This document shows, in pieces, positions 25,801-34,628 of a DNA stretch of 64,000 nucleotides; within the stretch, counting starts at the first letter, position 1, and each line of letters opens with the position of its first letter. Origin of the DNA: an uncultured Parcubacteria group bacterium (GTDB lineage: Bacteria; Patescibacteriota; Patescibacteriia; UBA9934; CAMTUG01); NCBI GenBank assembly GCA_947084965.1, contig CAMTUG010000001.1, positions 211,914-275,913 on the forward strand, given 5' to 3'. The notes beneath the pieces are model-generated. The model had not been told where the DNA came from. It saw only the letters and a program-made list of their open reading frames with translations, and did no database searches. A program made the translations under genes and the position numbers.

Positions 25801-28557
25801 GCCGTCTCAGCCGATCTTGGTTACAACGGCCTTGATGCAGCAGACGTAAGTGTTACGAATGGAGACAATGATGTCGCTGGTGTGGTCGTGACCGAGTCTG
25901 CAGCGTCAACAGATGTGACCGAAGGCGGAGCGACAGATACGTACACCCTCGTCTTGACCGCAGAACCGACTGAGGATGTCACCATCACGATAACTGCAGA
26001 CGCCTTGATCACTACAGACCTGTCTGAGGTCGTGTTTACCGCGCTGAACTGGAGCACCCCACAGACAGTTACGGTAAGTGCGGTTGATGATGACATCGCG
26101 TCTGGGGCTCTGACGCCTTCGATCAGTCACACAACGGACAGCTTGGACGGAGATTTCTCCGGACTGGTTGTGGCGGATGTCGTTGTCAATCGAGCGGATG
26201 ACGACTCTGCTGGTATTACGGTCGGAGCCATCTCTGGCGACACCACTGAAGCGGGCGGTACCGCCACCTTCACCGTTGTTCTTACTTCTGAACCGACCGC
26301 AAACGTGACGATCGATGTGAGTTCATCAGATACAACAGAAGGAACGGTTCTTCCAGCAACGTTGACCTTCACAGCGCTTGACTGGGACACTCCGCAAACG
26401 GTGACCGCGACCGGCGTGGACGATGATCTCGTCGATGGTTCCGTTCCTTATACGATTCTCCTTGATGCCTCTGTTTCGGTCGATCCAAATTATTCCGGGA
26501 TCAATCCAACCGACGTCGATGTAAACAACACCGATGACGATTCCGCCGGTGTTCTTGTAACCTCTTCGGGCGGATTGACCGAGGTCAGTGAAGCGGGTGC
26601 AACGGATACCTACACGATCGTTTTGACGGCTGAACCAACGGCGGACGTTGTAGTCTCGGTCAGCCCGGAGAGTCCGGTCGAAACGGATCTAAGCGAAATT
26701 ACCTTTACGTCTGGGAACTGGAGCGTTGCACAGACGATCACCGTTTCTGCCGAGGATGATTTCATCGCTCAAGGAACGCACGTCCATCCTATCGTTCACG
26801 GAACGTCTTCTCTCGACCTGGTGTTTGATGGTCTCGTCGTTTCTGATGTCAACGTCAGTGTCCTGGATAATGATACGGCCGCGATTACGGTCGGCGCGAT
26901 TTCTGGCGACACCACTGAAGTCGGCGGTACCGCCACCTTCACCGTTGTTCTTACTTCTGAACCGACCGCCGACGTGACGATCGATGTGAGTTCATCAGAT
27001 ACAACAGAAGGAACGGTTCTTCCAGCAACGCTGACCTTCACAGCGCTCAACTGGAGCACCCCACAAACGGTGACCGCGACCGGCGTGAATGACGCCGTTG
27101 ACGATGGTGATGTTGCCTACACCCTTGTCCTTGCTCCATCTGTATCAGACGACACGTCGTATGACGCGATCAATCCAGCTGATGTTGCTGCGGTCAACGA
27201 CGATGATGATACGGTCGGTATCACCCTGGTCGAAAGTGATGGCGAGACGATCGTAACGGAAGGGGGAGCAAGTGATGCCTACACCGTTGTGTTGAACAGC
27301 GAGCCGACCGCGAACGTCAACGTCTTTTTCATCGGGGATGGAGACGTGACCACATCGACCGCACAGATGATTTTTACTTCCCTGAATTGGAGCACCCCGC
27401 AGGCCTTGGTCGTTTCGGCCGTAGACGATTCGGCTGTGGAAGATACGGAGATGCACTCGATCTTGCACGTCGTTACTTCAGCAGACCCACTTTATGGCGA
27501 CGTTGATCTTGATGGTGTTCCGGTAACGGTTATCGATGATGATGAGGAAGAGGCCGAAGAGGAAGAGAGTGGTGGAAGCAGTGGCCGTGGGGGATCTCCC
27601 GTGGGATCAAACAGACCGACCATCGATATTCGTCGTCCTGCGGACGGGACCACCTACGCTCTCGGTTCATTGGGTGTGTCATGGACGTGGACCGGGACGA
27701 TTCCGTCGGTGAACGTGTACCTTTCCTGGGATAGCGGAACGACTTGGGCGCTCCAGCGCTACTTCATCACCAACACAGGACAAACGACGATTGTCCTCGA
27801 TCGGGAATCAACGACGGCTCGTGTGCGTGTGGAGGGAACGGATTTTATCCGATCGCTCACGAACGACCAGACCGGAACCTTCTCCGTTTCTGCAGACGCA
27901 TCTCCGATCGTCAACGAGGCGGATAGCGTCAATCAGGGCGGACTGACAGAAGAAGAGCAGATCGCCGCCATTGCTGCTCGTGTCGCCGCTCTGCCTTCAG
28001 TGATGACACTGCACGGACTCGTTAAGCTCGCTGATGACGGCAATCCTGAAACGCATAACGATACGACGGTGTATTACGTCGGTGCTGACGGGTATCGCCA
28101 CCCATTCCCGAATAGCCACGTCTTTGGAAGTTGGTTCTGCGTCGCCCCTGAGCTGGTTTCCAGTCTTGGGACGGTCCTGGCCGATCAGGTGACAGAAGTG
28201 ACACCTTCGCAGCTGGCGTCCGTGCCCCTTGGGCCGAACGTCACGTATCGCCCGGGGTACAAGATGGTGAAGTTCATCACCGATCCGCGCGTCTACGCGG
28301 TCGATGCGGACGGAAGTTTGCGATGGGTGCTCTCAGAGACCGATGCCCAGACGATTTACGGCGAGGAATGGCGATTCGAGATTTACGATATCGCCGACGT
28401 GTTCTATCGCAACTATCGGTTCGGTGTGCCGCTGACCGACCTTACCTGGGATCCAGAAGTTGTCCGACGTCAGGTGCGTTATCCGAGTGATGTCATGAAA
28501 ATCCCCGGATACCTTGTTGAACTTGCCGCTGAAACAGACCTTTGCCCGACGATGTAG
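19900..28557 (+). CDS. Giant surface protein (2885 aa): beta-helix-like repeats, tandem Ig/Calx-beta-like repeats, CPR-type C-terminal domain
   Basis: Signal peptide; repeated FTHTAGGTFNHNNG; repeated TVVLTSEPTADVTI...FT.LNWSTPQTVTV; C-terminal VYYVGADGYRHPFPN...TYRPG..MVKF.TDPRVYAV. Confidence 0.9.
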   Translation: MFKRFVCLLGVLSAVFIFAGAEPVHAAAYTWDGGGSTNNWSDCLNWSTNVCPVGADTVTFDATSTKNASIDASWGGSITGITIASGYSGTVSVDRSLAVSGAFSIAAGAFNGTSQSIDFNGSVTISGGTFTASSGSMTMAGGFTHTAGGTFAHNNGSITMDGSTAFTWNVAVTEELYNLTINNTSTSAITVASGDTLNVNNTLTFTDGSIATGTIAGKGATIVVDAGWGTGSNSSGTLLVNGGGAQTVTIAPQSNASFEAFDQLTLNNALASITGTGGAGAIGLDKITLTAGTLNVTGYTLIANETMTINGGTLTLGTTGTSTIGSTFNLSAGIFNGGSATVDFNGTVTISGGTFNASSGLQTMDSNFTHTAGGTFNHGNGSITIDGSTAVTWDVSTTENLYNLTINNTSTSAMTVASGDTLNVNNNATFTDGGIITGTIAVKGPAVSIGTNFGFSAFSNGTLTINGSGAQTVTMAVLAGAGFEPFDQIILNNAAATFGGTGAAGTLAFDKVTVTAGVFDMTGYTFSANEAVVVNGGTMTMGTSGTNTFSGTFSLSSGTFNGGSGNVNDFNSTITISGGTFNASSATTTAAGDYTHSAGGVFNHNNGLFTIDGSSGSTIDIGTTETFYDLTINNSATTALTLTSGTTLNVNNALTLTDGGWLSGTIAAKGPTTTIGAGFGFATIAAGTLTINGVGVQSVTMAALAAGFEPVDQLTINNASATLTGTGASGVLAFDKVTVTAGLFDATGYTVSINEPVIINGGTMTMGNSGTNTFNGTFAISSGTFNGSAATLDFNSTVTVSGGIMNFSSTVTSLAGTYTHTAGGTVNYNGTTLTIDGGSGSTWDVSTNETVPALTVAKTGSATWTIATGDTMIVTGTTLLTDGELSTGAISARGDVTVSSTWDGGAGTSVLSLDGSGVVVMTHTNGGNNTEPANTLIVNNANATVNMPATGASFVWGLDIRAGVVNVNGGDLTVGSTYTQSGGTFNGGAGSVTTSTTYTLSGGTFNAPSGTLNLVDDFTHTAGGTFNHNNGLVKTINAVDLTFDFNVSETFYNFESSKTTNWQTIITSGDSLIVLNTATLTDGRIMTGTLEIKNTLSIASTYDYGNASLTFSGTVDQTFTLPSGQSASWDMPALTVNKASGTLTFGSDVTLDCGGTSCNLVLQQGVLSLNGFGLRVNDFSISNGTFISGASTVDIDDDLTITGGTFNATTGTTIIGGDFTHTAGGVFNHNNGTVEFDTSNDQTINVNVNETFYTVRISKNGFQQTITAGDTITVLGNLLLTDGRFGTGTIDMQGAATTIASTYDPSDVTLKFTGTAAQTLDLTGAAAVFDGPVTIDKPSGEVALLSALTMDTSSRTLTLQSGTLNRNGFALTVHHYTQTGGTFSSSAGNVDVNGTFTLSGGTFSASSGTTFFGGAYTHTAGGTFDHNNGRVEFDTAVDITADVIGSETFYDLAITKAGNLVTLGAGDTLIATGDLYLTDGRFGGGTIEARGNVTVASTFDIGNAAYTFTGSAVQTFTLGVAANIDGDVTVNKSGGSVVQVGTLTLNAASQDLTIVSGTYDLNGSNLTVNGSSGTLVVQNGGVLQLQGGEVVTLNVSNPTFQAGSLARYTGTVGPYTLKNWTYRSITVDGGAASVFALPGALSLPADLTITSGIVSLGGNALTVSGTFSNDGTLRLRGNETVTLTNDADSGTVEYVGDGDAAADAYVLQNWPYYHLTLAFVDALDSASAGGTPLDINGSFTLSAGTFTAPATMTVAGNFAHSGGVFTHNNGTVVLDGLNQTVSGTTTFNHFTKSVSSAATLTLPATATQTFVGTMTLTGASGQRLSLRSSTPGVQALIDPQGTRTVSYLDVQDNNNANATMIVCSTGCVEGTNVTNWSFTTPGITVGAISGDTTEAGGTATFTVVLESEPTADVTIGVSSSDVTEGTVDPASLTFTSLNWDTPQTVTVTGTDDFVIDGSVVFSIVLEPAVSADLGYNGLDAADVSVTNGDNDVAGVVVTESAASTDVTEGGATDTYTLVLTAEPTEDVTITITADALITTDLSEVVFTALNWSTPQTVTVSAVDDDIASGALTPSISHTTDSLDGDFSGLVVADVVVNRADDDSAGITVGAISGDTTEAGGTATFTVVLTSEPTANVTIDVSSSDTTEGTVLPATLTFTALDWDTPQTVTATGVDDDLVDGSVPYTILLDASVSVDPNYSGINPTDVDVNNTDDDSAGVLVTSSGGLTEVSEAGATDTYTIVLTAEPTADVVVSVSPESPVETDLSEITFTSGNWSVAQTITVSAEDDFIAQGTHVHPIVHGTSSLDLVFDGLVVSDVNVSVLDNDTAAITVGAISGDTTEVGGTATFTVVLTSEPTADVTIDVSSSDTTEGTVLPATLTFTALNWSTPQTVTATGVNDAVDDGDVAYTLVLAPSVSDDTSYDAINPADVAAVNDDDDTVGITLVESDGETIVTEGGASDAYTVVLNSEPTANVNVFFIGDGDVTTSTAQMIFTSLNWSTPQALVVSAVDDSAVEDTEMHSILHVVTSADPLYGDVDLDGVPVTVIDDDEEEAEEEESGGSSGRGGSPVGSNRPTIDIRRPADGTTYALGSLGVSWTWTGTIPSVNVYLSWDSGTTWALQRYFITNTGQTTIVLDRESTTARVRVEGTDFIRSLTNDQTGTFSVSADASPIVNEADSVNQGGLTEEEQIAAIAARVAALPSVMTLHGLVKLADDGNPETHNDTTVYYVGADGYRHPFPNSHVFGSWFCVAPELVSSLGTVLADQVTEVTPSQLASVPLGPNVTYRPGYKMVKFITDPRVYAVDADGSLRWVLSETDAQTIYGEEWRFEIYDIADVFYRNYRFGVPLTDLTWDPEVVRRQVRYPSDVMKIPGYLVELAAETDLCPTM

Positions 28558-28559
28558 TT

Positions 28560-29279
28560 ATGGGCATTGCTCTGAAGATCGATACTCTCCAGAAAACGTA
28601 CAAAACCGGGACGCAGGCGCTCAAAGGTGTGTCCTTTACAGTGCAAGCCGGGGAGATGTTCGCCCTGCTTGGGGCGAACGGGGCAGGGAAGACGACCTTG
28701 ATCGGCGTGCTGTGCGGGCTGGTTGCCAAAACAGGCGGCAAGGCCGAGGTATTCGGGATCGATATCGATGCGGAGCCGGAAGAGGCCCGCCGCCTGATCG
28801 GCGTTGTGCCGCAAGAATTCAACTTCAATATTTTTGAGCGGGTCATTGATATCGTTGTCGATGCTGCCGGGTATTACGGCGTGCCGCGTTCGGTCGCCAC
28901 TCCGCGAGCAGAGAAACTACTGAAAGATCTCGGGCTCTGGGAAAAGCGTCACGTTGCTTCGCGTACGCTCTCGGGGGGAATGAAGCGTCGATTGCTGATT
29001 GCACGTGCCTTGGTGCATCAACCGAAGTTGTTATTGCTCGACGAACCTTCCGCGGGTGTGGACGTGGAGTTGCGTCGTGGGATGTGGGAGTTCATCAGCA
29101 GCTTGAATGCGCAGGGGACGACGGTGATCCTTACGACGCATTATTTGGAAGAAGCAGAAAAGCTGTGCAAGCGCGTGGTGATTTTGAAGCAGGGTGTCGT
29201 TGCCAAGGAAGGGGAGATCGCTGCGCTTGTTGCCGCGTCCGGAGAAAAGAATCTTGAAGATTTCTATTTAAGCGTATGA
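28560..29279 (+). CDS. ABC transporter ATP-binding protein (YadG-like)
   Basis: GANGAGKTT, LSGGMKRR, LLDEP, TTHY. Confidence 0.93.
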   Translation: MGIALKIDTLQKTYKTGTQALKGVSFTVQAGEMFALLGANGAGKTTLIGVLCGLVAKTGGKAEVFGIDIDAEPEEARRLIGVVPQEFNFNIFERVIDIVVDAAGYYGVPRSVATPRAEKLLKDLGLWEKRHVASRTLSGGMKRRLLIARALVHQPKLLLLDEPSAGVDVELRRGMWEFISSLNAQGTTVILTTHYLEEAEKLCKRVVILKQGVVAKEGEIAALVAASGEKNLEDFYLSV

Positions 29280-30046
29280 TCCGTCCTTCCTTGGTGGGTG
29301 CGGCGACGATCTTCCGCAAAGAAACGGTACGCGTGTTTCGTATTTGGACGCAGACGATTCTACCATCCGTTGTTTCTCAGACGCTCTACTTTGCGATCTT
29401 CGGCGGGATCATTGGTTCAAAGATCGGGGAAGTCGGCGGAGCAAGTTATGCCGCTTTTCTCGTTCCTGGTCTGATCATGATGTCATCGATCACCAACGCT
29501 TTTAGTAACGTCGCGAGTTCGTTTTTCGGTGCTAAGTTTCAACGCTCGATCGAGGAAATTCTCGTTTCGCCGATGAAGCCGTGGGCCGTGCTGGCAGGAT
29601 ACATCTCCGGTGGGGTCATGCGCGGCATGGTCGTCGCCTTGGCGGTTTTTCTCGTCTCGATCGCCTTTGTTCACCCTACAGTTGCTCACGCAGTTCCACT
29701 GATCTTCTTTATCTTCATTACCTGTCTCATCTTCTCTCTTCTCGGGTTTTTGAACGGGATGTTCGCGCGCAAGTTTGATGACGTGGGAATCGTCCCGGTT
29801 TTCGTGCTCACGCCGCTCACATATCTCGGCGGGGTATTTTACAGCTTGGATTCACTGCCGTCGTTCTGGCGCTCCCTGTCCTACGTCAATCCGATCGTCT
29901 ATATGATTGATGGGTTTCGTTACGGGTTCGGTGGTGTTGCCGCAACGTCGGTGCTTGCAAGCGCCGTTGTGCTGACTCTTGTCGCTGTCATTCTTGTCGT
30001 GATCAACCTTACATTGCTACGTCGCGGAATCGGCCTCAAATCATAA
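29276..30046 (+). CDS. ABC-2 transporter permease (YadH-like)
   Basis: RIWTQTILP, PGLIMMS, PLTYLGGVFYS, NPIVYMIDGFRYG. Confidence 0.93.
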   Translation: MIRPSLVGAATIFRKETVRVFRIWTQTILPSVVSQTLYFAIFGGIIGSKIGEVGGASYAAFLVPGLIMMSSITNAFSNVASSFFGAKFQRSIEEILVSPMKPWAVLAGYISGGVMRGMVVALAVFLVSIAFVHPTVAHAVPLIFFIFITCLIFSLLGFLNGMFARKFDDVGIVPVFVLTPLTYLGGVFYSLDSLPSFWRSLSYVNPIVYMIDGFRYGFGGVAATSVLASAVVLTLVAVILVVINLTLLRRGIGLKS

Positions 30047-30097
30047 ATGTCTATTTTTGTGCTACACTGAGAGGAGTTTATTAACTAACTTCTTTTT

Positions 30098-30349
30098 ATG
30101 GGGATCATCCTTTGGATCATCTTCGGCGGGATCGTGGGCTGGATCGCTTCGATGCTCATGGGTACCAACGCGCAGATGGGACTGCTCATGAACGTGATCG
30201 TCGGTGTGATCGGGGCGATGCTCGGGGGCTGGATCTTTTCCATGCTCGGTGAAACGGGGGTCACAGGCTTCAACATTTGGAGTTTGATGGTCGCGGTGAT
30301 CGGTGCGGTCGTTTTGCTCGGGATCGTACGTTTGGTCCGAGGCAAATAA
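30098..30349 (+). CDS. GlsB/YeaQ/YmgE (transglycosylase-associated) membrane protein
   Basis: WII.G.I.GWIAS...N.IVG.IGA.LGG...AVIGAVVLL. Confidence 0.92.
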   Translation: MGIILWIIFGGIVGWIASMLMGTNAQMGLLMNVIVGVIGAMLGGWIFSMLGETGVTGFNIWSLMVAVIGAVVLLGIVRLVRGK

Positions 30350-30418
30350 GGGACTTGCCCGTTTCTACAAAACCTCCATTATTTTGGAGGTTTTGTGATA
30401 AGATGAGGGAATTCAATT

Positions 30419-32056
30419 ATGGCCAAAAAGTCTAGTACCAGTGCATTAACGGCGGAACAGCACGCGGCCCAGGACAAGCGCTATGCCGAAGGGCACGAGT
30501 ATGATTATGTGATTATCGGGACGGGAAGTGCGGCGTTAACGGTCGGATCCTTGCTTGCCCATGCCGGACACAAAGTCTGTCTGCTCGAAGCACATGATAT
30601 TCCGGGCGGGTACTGCCAAACGTTCCGCACCGGAGATTTTCACTTCTGTGCCCAGGTTCATTACATCTGGGGTTGTGCCCCGGGCGGCCGTATCTACGAG
30701 TTTTTGAAACACATCGGGTTAGAGAAGGAGATCACCTTCTCGCTCTTCGACAAAGAAGGATACGATCACATGGTCATGCCTGATGGCACCCGAGTGAAAA
30801 TTCCGTACGGATGGGACAAGCTCGTGGAAAGCATCTGTTCGCACTATCCGGATCAGCGTGCCCCCATGAAAAAGTTTGTGAACGTGATGAAAACGTTGCG
30901 CGCCGAGTTTCATCATCTGCCAGAAGGGGAACCAAAGTGGTGGCAGTACTTGCAGGCCTACAAAGTGCCGACGATTCTAAAGTACAAAATGTCGACCCTG
31001 CAGGATCTGTTTGATGAGTGCCGATTGAGCAAAGAGGCTCAAGCGGTTTTGTGCGCCCAGGCCGGGGACTTCATGGAACCGCCAGAGCGGTTGTCGCTTC
31101 TCATGTACGTGGCGCTCTTTGGTGGTTACAACACCGGTGCCTACGCTCCAACCAAACATTTCAAGTATTATGTCGACCGATTAGCACAATCGATTACAGA
31201 CCAGGCAGGCTGTCACATCTATTACGAAACAGAGGTGACCAAGGTGAACGTCGAAGGCGATCGGGTGGTCAGTGTCGGTACGGCCAACGGAAAGACGTTC
31301 ACGGCCAAGAATTTTATTTGTAACGCGGATCCGAAAAAGATGTCCGAGATTATCGGTCGGGAAAAGTTCCCGGCGGGCGAGCAGAAGAAACTCGATTACA
31401 CCTATTCTCCAGCCGGGGTGATGATCTACCTTGGGCTCAAAGATATCGACCTGCGCAAGTACGGATTCGGTTCGTTCAACATCTGGCATTTGGAGGACTG
31501 GGACATGAACAAGATGTGGAAAGAGATGGGGAAGGTCAATTTTGAAAAGCCGTGGATCTTTATGTCCACGCCAACGCTTCACTCAGAGGAAGGTGGGACA
31601 ACGCCCGGCCCGGATCATCAGATTTTGGAGATCGCCGCTTATACCGAATACAAACCGTTCAAAGATGCCCAGAATCGCAGTTACGCAGAGTACGCCAAGC
31701 TGAAGCAGAAGATCGCGGAGCGGATGATCGATATCGTCGAAGAAAAATATATCCCTGAGCTGCGCAAACACATCGTGGTCAAAACGGTTGGTACCTCCAC
31801 GACCAACGAGGATTTTATCTTGGCGCCGACAGGGAATGCGTATGGGGCGACGATGACCCCAGAGCAGGTGACCAAGGTGCGCTTAAAAGCAAAAACGCCG
31901 TTTGAAAATTTCTGGTGGTGTAATGCTTCGAGCGGCTGGGCCGGGATGTATGGCACGGTCACGACGGGGGTGCAGTTGTACGAAGATTTAACGGGAGACC
32001 GATTTTACGTTCACAAAAAGGCGAAGTCAGACGACGACATGATCGCCGCGCTTTAA
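30419..32056 (+). CDS. Phytoene desaturase-family FAD oxidoreductase
   Basis: IIGTG..AL..G..LA..G.KV.LLEAH..PGGY..TF...FHF; GNAYG near the C-terminus. Confidence 0.8.
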   Translation: MAKKSSTSALTAEQHAAQDKRYAEGHEYDYVIIGTGSAALTVGSLLAHAGHKVCLLEAHDIPGGYCQTFRTGDFHFCAQVHYIWGCAPGGRIYEFLKHIGLEKEITFSLFDKEGYDHMVMPDGTRVKIPYGWDKLVESICSHYPDQRAPMKKFVNVMKTLRAEFHHLPEGEPKWWQYLQAYKVPTILKYKMSTLQDLFDECRLSKEAQAVLCAQAGDFMEPPERLSLLMYVALFGGYNTGAYAPTKHFKYYVDRLAQSITDQAGCHIYYETEVTKVNVEGDRVVSVGTANGKTFTAKNFICNADPKKMSEIIGREKFPAGEQKKLDYTYSPAGVMIYLGLKDIDLRKYGFGSFNIWHLEDWDMNKMWKEMGKVNFEKPWIFMSTPTLHSEEGGTTPGPDHQILEIAAYTEYKPFKDAQNRSYAEYAKLKQKIAERMIDIVEEKYIPELRKHIVVKTVGTSTTNEDFILAPTGNAYGATMTPEQVTKVRLKAKTPFENFWWCNASSGWAGMYGTVTTGVQLYEDLTGDRFYVHKKAKSDDDMIAAL

Positions 32057-33327
32057 GATCTCTCGATACTCAAGCAAACTTGCTTGGCGACGCGCTGACC
32101 GCAACGGAGCGCTCCTTCGGTCCATGGGCTGTTCAAGTAATCGCCGCAGAGGAAGACGTGATTGGCGCCTTGGCCCGTGCTATCCATAAATGTTTTGACC
32201 CGAGTTAAATGACCGTGCGAGAACTTCGGCATCGCTTCCGGCCAGCGCTGGAGGTCAAATGACTCGAGATCTTGCGTTCCATCGAACCACGGGCAAACCC
32301 GGGTGAGTTCTTGTTTCACGGCGGCGAAAATCTCTTCGTCTGTTTTTTCCATCAGCGTCTTGGCAAATGCTTCGTGGAGCCAGGTGGAGATGAGTGACTT
32401 TCCGTCGTGTACCAACTCGTCGCCTTTCATCGCTTCGTTAACGTAGCCCGAGATTTGATTGCTCTCGACAAACGGCACCCAAACGATCGCCGTGTCTGGG
32501 AGCTTTTTGCGGTCAACGCGGAAGGCGACGCTGATCGTTGCGGCGTAGTGCGATTGATCGAGGAGGTCGCGTTGATGTTCGGTTGGATTTTTATAAAACG
32601 TTTTTGTTTGTGTGGCCTGGCTGGCGATGACTACCGCATCAAACGTTTCGCCATCAACGACAACCTGATTGCCTCCGATGACTTCTGCTACCGGATGATT
32701 CAATCGCACGTCGAGGTGTGAAGCAAAGGCATCAGGGAGTGCTTGCATGCCGCCCACGGTGCGATGTAAGTCCCATCGCGCCTGGTCTTGCCTGATCGAG
32801 CGCATAATGCCGAAGAGCGCCCCAACGGAAATCTCTTCCGCTCGGTGAAATTGATACGTTGAGGTAAAGGCATCAACAAAATAATCACTGACCTCTTTTC
32901 CTGCGCGTCGTTTCATGAACGCATAGGCGTTGTCTTTGTCATGATCAACAAAGTTATTGAGATCAAAAAAGTCATGCACATCCGGCGTCAGGAGATACTG
33001 CATCGCCATGCGCATCTTTGAAAACGTGCTGATCGCATCTTTCATCGCCAACACCTTGCCGCTGCGAAAAATACCGTACTTTAAAAAGCGCATCTTTTCC
33101 CAGGGGATGCCAAACTCTGTACAGTACGCTTTGATCGCGTCATAGAGGTCACACAGATGATCGGCGCCGATGTCAAAGATGAATCCGTCTTTAATCCGCG
33201 ACGCCATCCGTCCGCCGACATGGTCGTTCTTTTCAAAGACAACGACGGTATTCCCAGCGCGTTGAAGTTCGTAGGCACAGACGAGGCCACTGATTCCAGC
33301 TCCAATAACCGCGATCTTCTTGTTCAT
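32053..33327 (-). CDS. FAD-dependent oxidoreductase (protoporphyrinogen/amine oxidase-like)
   Basis: IGAGISGL, EK..HVGGR, FDIGA, RWPEAMP, CGDY..PWTEGA. Confidence 0.85.
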   Translation of the reverse strand: MNKKIAVIGAGISGLVCAYELQRAGNTVVVFEKNDHVGGRMASRIKDGFIFDIGADHLCDLYDAIKAYCTEFGIPWEKMRFLKYGIFRSGKVLAMKDAISTFSKMRMAMQYLLTPDVHDFFDLNNFVDHDKDNAYAFMKRRAGKEVSDYFVDAFTSTYQFHRAEEISVGALFGIMRSIRQDQARWDLHRTVGGMQALPDAFASHLDVRLNHPVAEVIGGNQVVVDGETFDAVVIASQATQTKTFYKNPTEHQRDLLDQSHYAATISVAFRVDRKKLPDTAIVWVPFVESNQISGYVNEAMKGDELVHDGKSLISTWLHEAFAKTLMEKTDEEIFAAVKQELTRVCPWFDGTQDLESFDLQRWPEAMPKFSHGHLTRVKTFMDSTGQGANHVFLCGDYLNSPWTEGALRCGQRVAKQVCLSIERS

Positions 33328-33377
33328 ACCCGTACATCCTACAACTCTGACGGGTTTTCTGCTATAACACCTTCATT

Positions 33378-34385
33378 ATGCATGCGCTTTTACCCACACT
33401 CATCAAAAACCTTAAGGATACGCTTGATTTAGCGATCTGCCACACACCTGACCACCGAGCGCTGGTCGTCTACGACCGTCAGTCGCCACTGGCGGCATTG
33501 ATTACGGAAGGCTACAAAGCCGTACTCCCGAAGGCGACCTTTCTTGATTTTGAAGAAGCTGGGGCCGATGAAATCCGTGCTCTGATGAACACACTTGCTC
33601 CACGTGATCTGGTCGTTCTGATCCAATCGACTTCGTTTCGTCTGAATGACTTTCGTTTTCGTCTTGAACTGTTCAATCGCTCGCTCGCCGTGATCGAACA
33701 CCCACACCTCGGCCGCATGCCGGAAGGGGAGCATCAAACGTACGTTGACTCGCTAGCCTACGATATCAACTATTACCGCACCGTCGGCCCGAAGCTGAAG
33801 GCGATGATCGACATCGCCAAGCGCGTTGTTGTTTCTTGCGAAGGAACAGAGCTTGTCTATGACGGCCCGTTGGAGTCCGGCAAACTGAACACTGGCGACT
33901 ACACCGGGATGAAAAATATCGGTGGACAGTTTCCGATCGGGGAAGTCTTCACAGAATTGGTCGACCTGTCGCAGGTCAACGGGCAGGTGAAGATCTTTGC
34001 GTTCGCCAATCGCGAGTTCCGTGTGATCGTTCCGGAGATTCCGGTGCTGGCCACGATTGAAAAGGGGATCATCACCAAAACAGAAAACGCCACAGAGGAG
34101 TTTATCTCCATCCTCGATCAAATCCGCACCGATGAATTACTCACCATTCGCGAACTCGGCTTTGGGATGAATCGGGCGATGACCCGCAGGCGAACGCTGG
34201 CCGACATCGGGAGTTATGAACGGATGTGCGGCATTCATCTTTCGCTCGGAGCCAAGCATACGATTTACGCCAAACCAGGATTTTCCAAACGCCAAAGCCG
34301 TTACCATGTCGACGTCTTTGTGGACGTTACAACAGTCACGATCGACGGGATAACGGTCTTTAAAGACGGGGCGTACACGGTGTGA
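33378..34385 (+). CDS. Aminopeptidase T (M29)-like metallopeptidase
   Basis: P.GEVF, ELGFGMN, ER..GIHLSLG, HVDV motifs. Confidence 0.7.
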   Translation: MHALLPTLIKNLKDTLDLAICHTPDHRALVVYDRQSPLAALITEGYKAVLPKATFLDFEEAGADEIRALMNTLAPRDLVVLIQSTSFRLNDFRFRLELFNRSLAVIEHPHLGRMPEGEHQTYVDSLAYDINYYRTVGPKLKAMIDIAKRVVVSCEGTELVYDGPLESGKLNTGDYTGMKNIGGQFPIGEVFTELVDLSQVNGQVKIFAFANREFRVIVPEIPVLATIEKGIITKTENATEEFISILDQIRTDELLTIRELGFGMNRAMTRRRTLADIGSYERMCGIHLSLGAKHTIYAKPGFSKRQSRYHVDVFVDVTTVTIDGITVFKDGAYTV

Positions 34386-34398
34386 TATTATAAATCAT

Positions 34399-34620
34399 AT
34401 GGCAGAACAAACGTTCGACCAGGAACGGGCAACTCGGACCAACCGCGAACTGATCGCCGAAGCGCAGCGTATCCGCGACCTTTTGAGTAAGGAAGTGATC
34501 GATTATTATTGGGAGGCACCAACATCCGAAGCAGAGGAGCGCGAATACCATGACGGTATGCGTAAGTTTTTGCGCCAGGCCGTTGAACGGATCGACGATC
34601 TTTTGCGCAGGCTTGCTTAA
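34399..34620 (+). CDS. Small helical hypothetical protein
   Basis: Compact ORF between co-oriented genes, TATG start. Confidence 0.65.
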   Translation: MAEQTFDQERATRTNRELIAEAQRIRDLLSKEVIDYYWEAPTSEAEEREYHDGMRKFLRQAVERIDDLLRRLA

Positions 34621-34628
34621 CCCTTTTT

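Noticed and set aside
26221-27090. Repeat pair as a DGR template/variable region
   Set aside because: Both copies are in-frame domains of one gene and the differences I can see are not adenine-specific.
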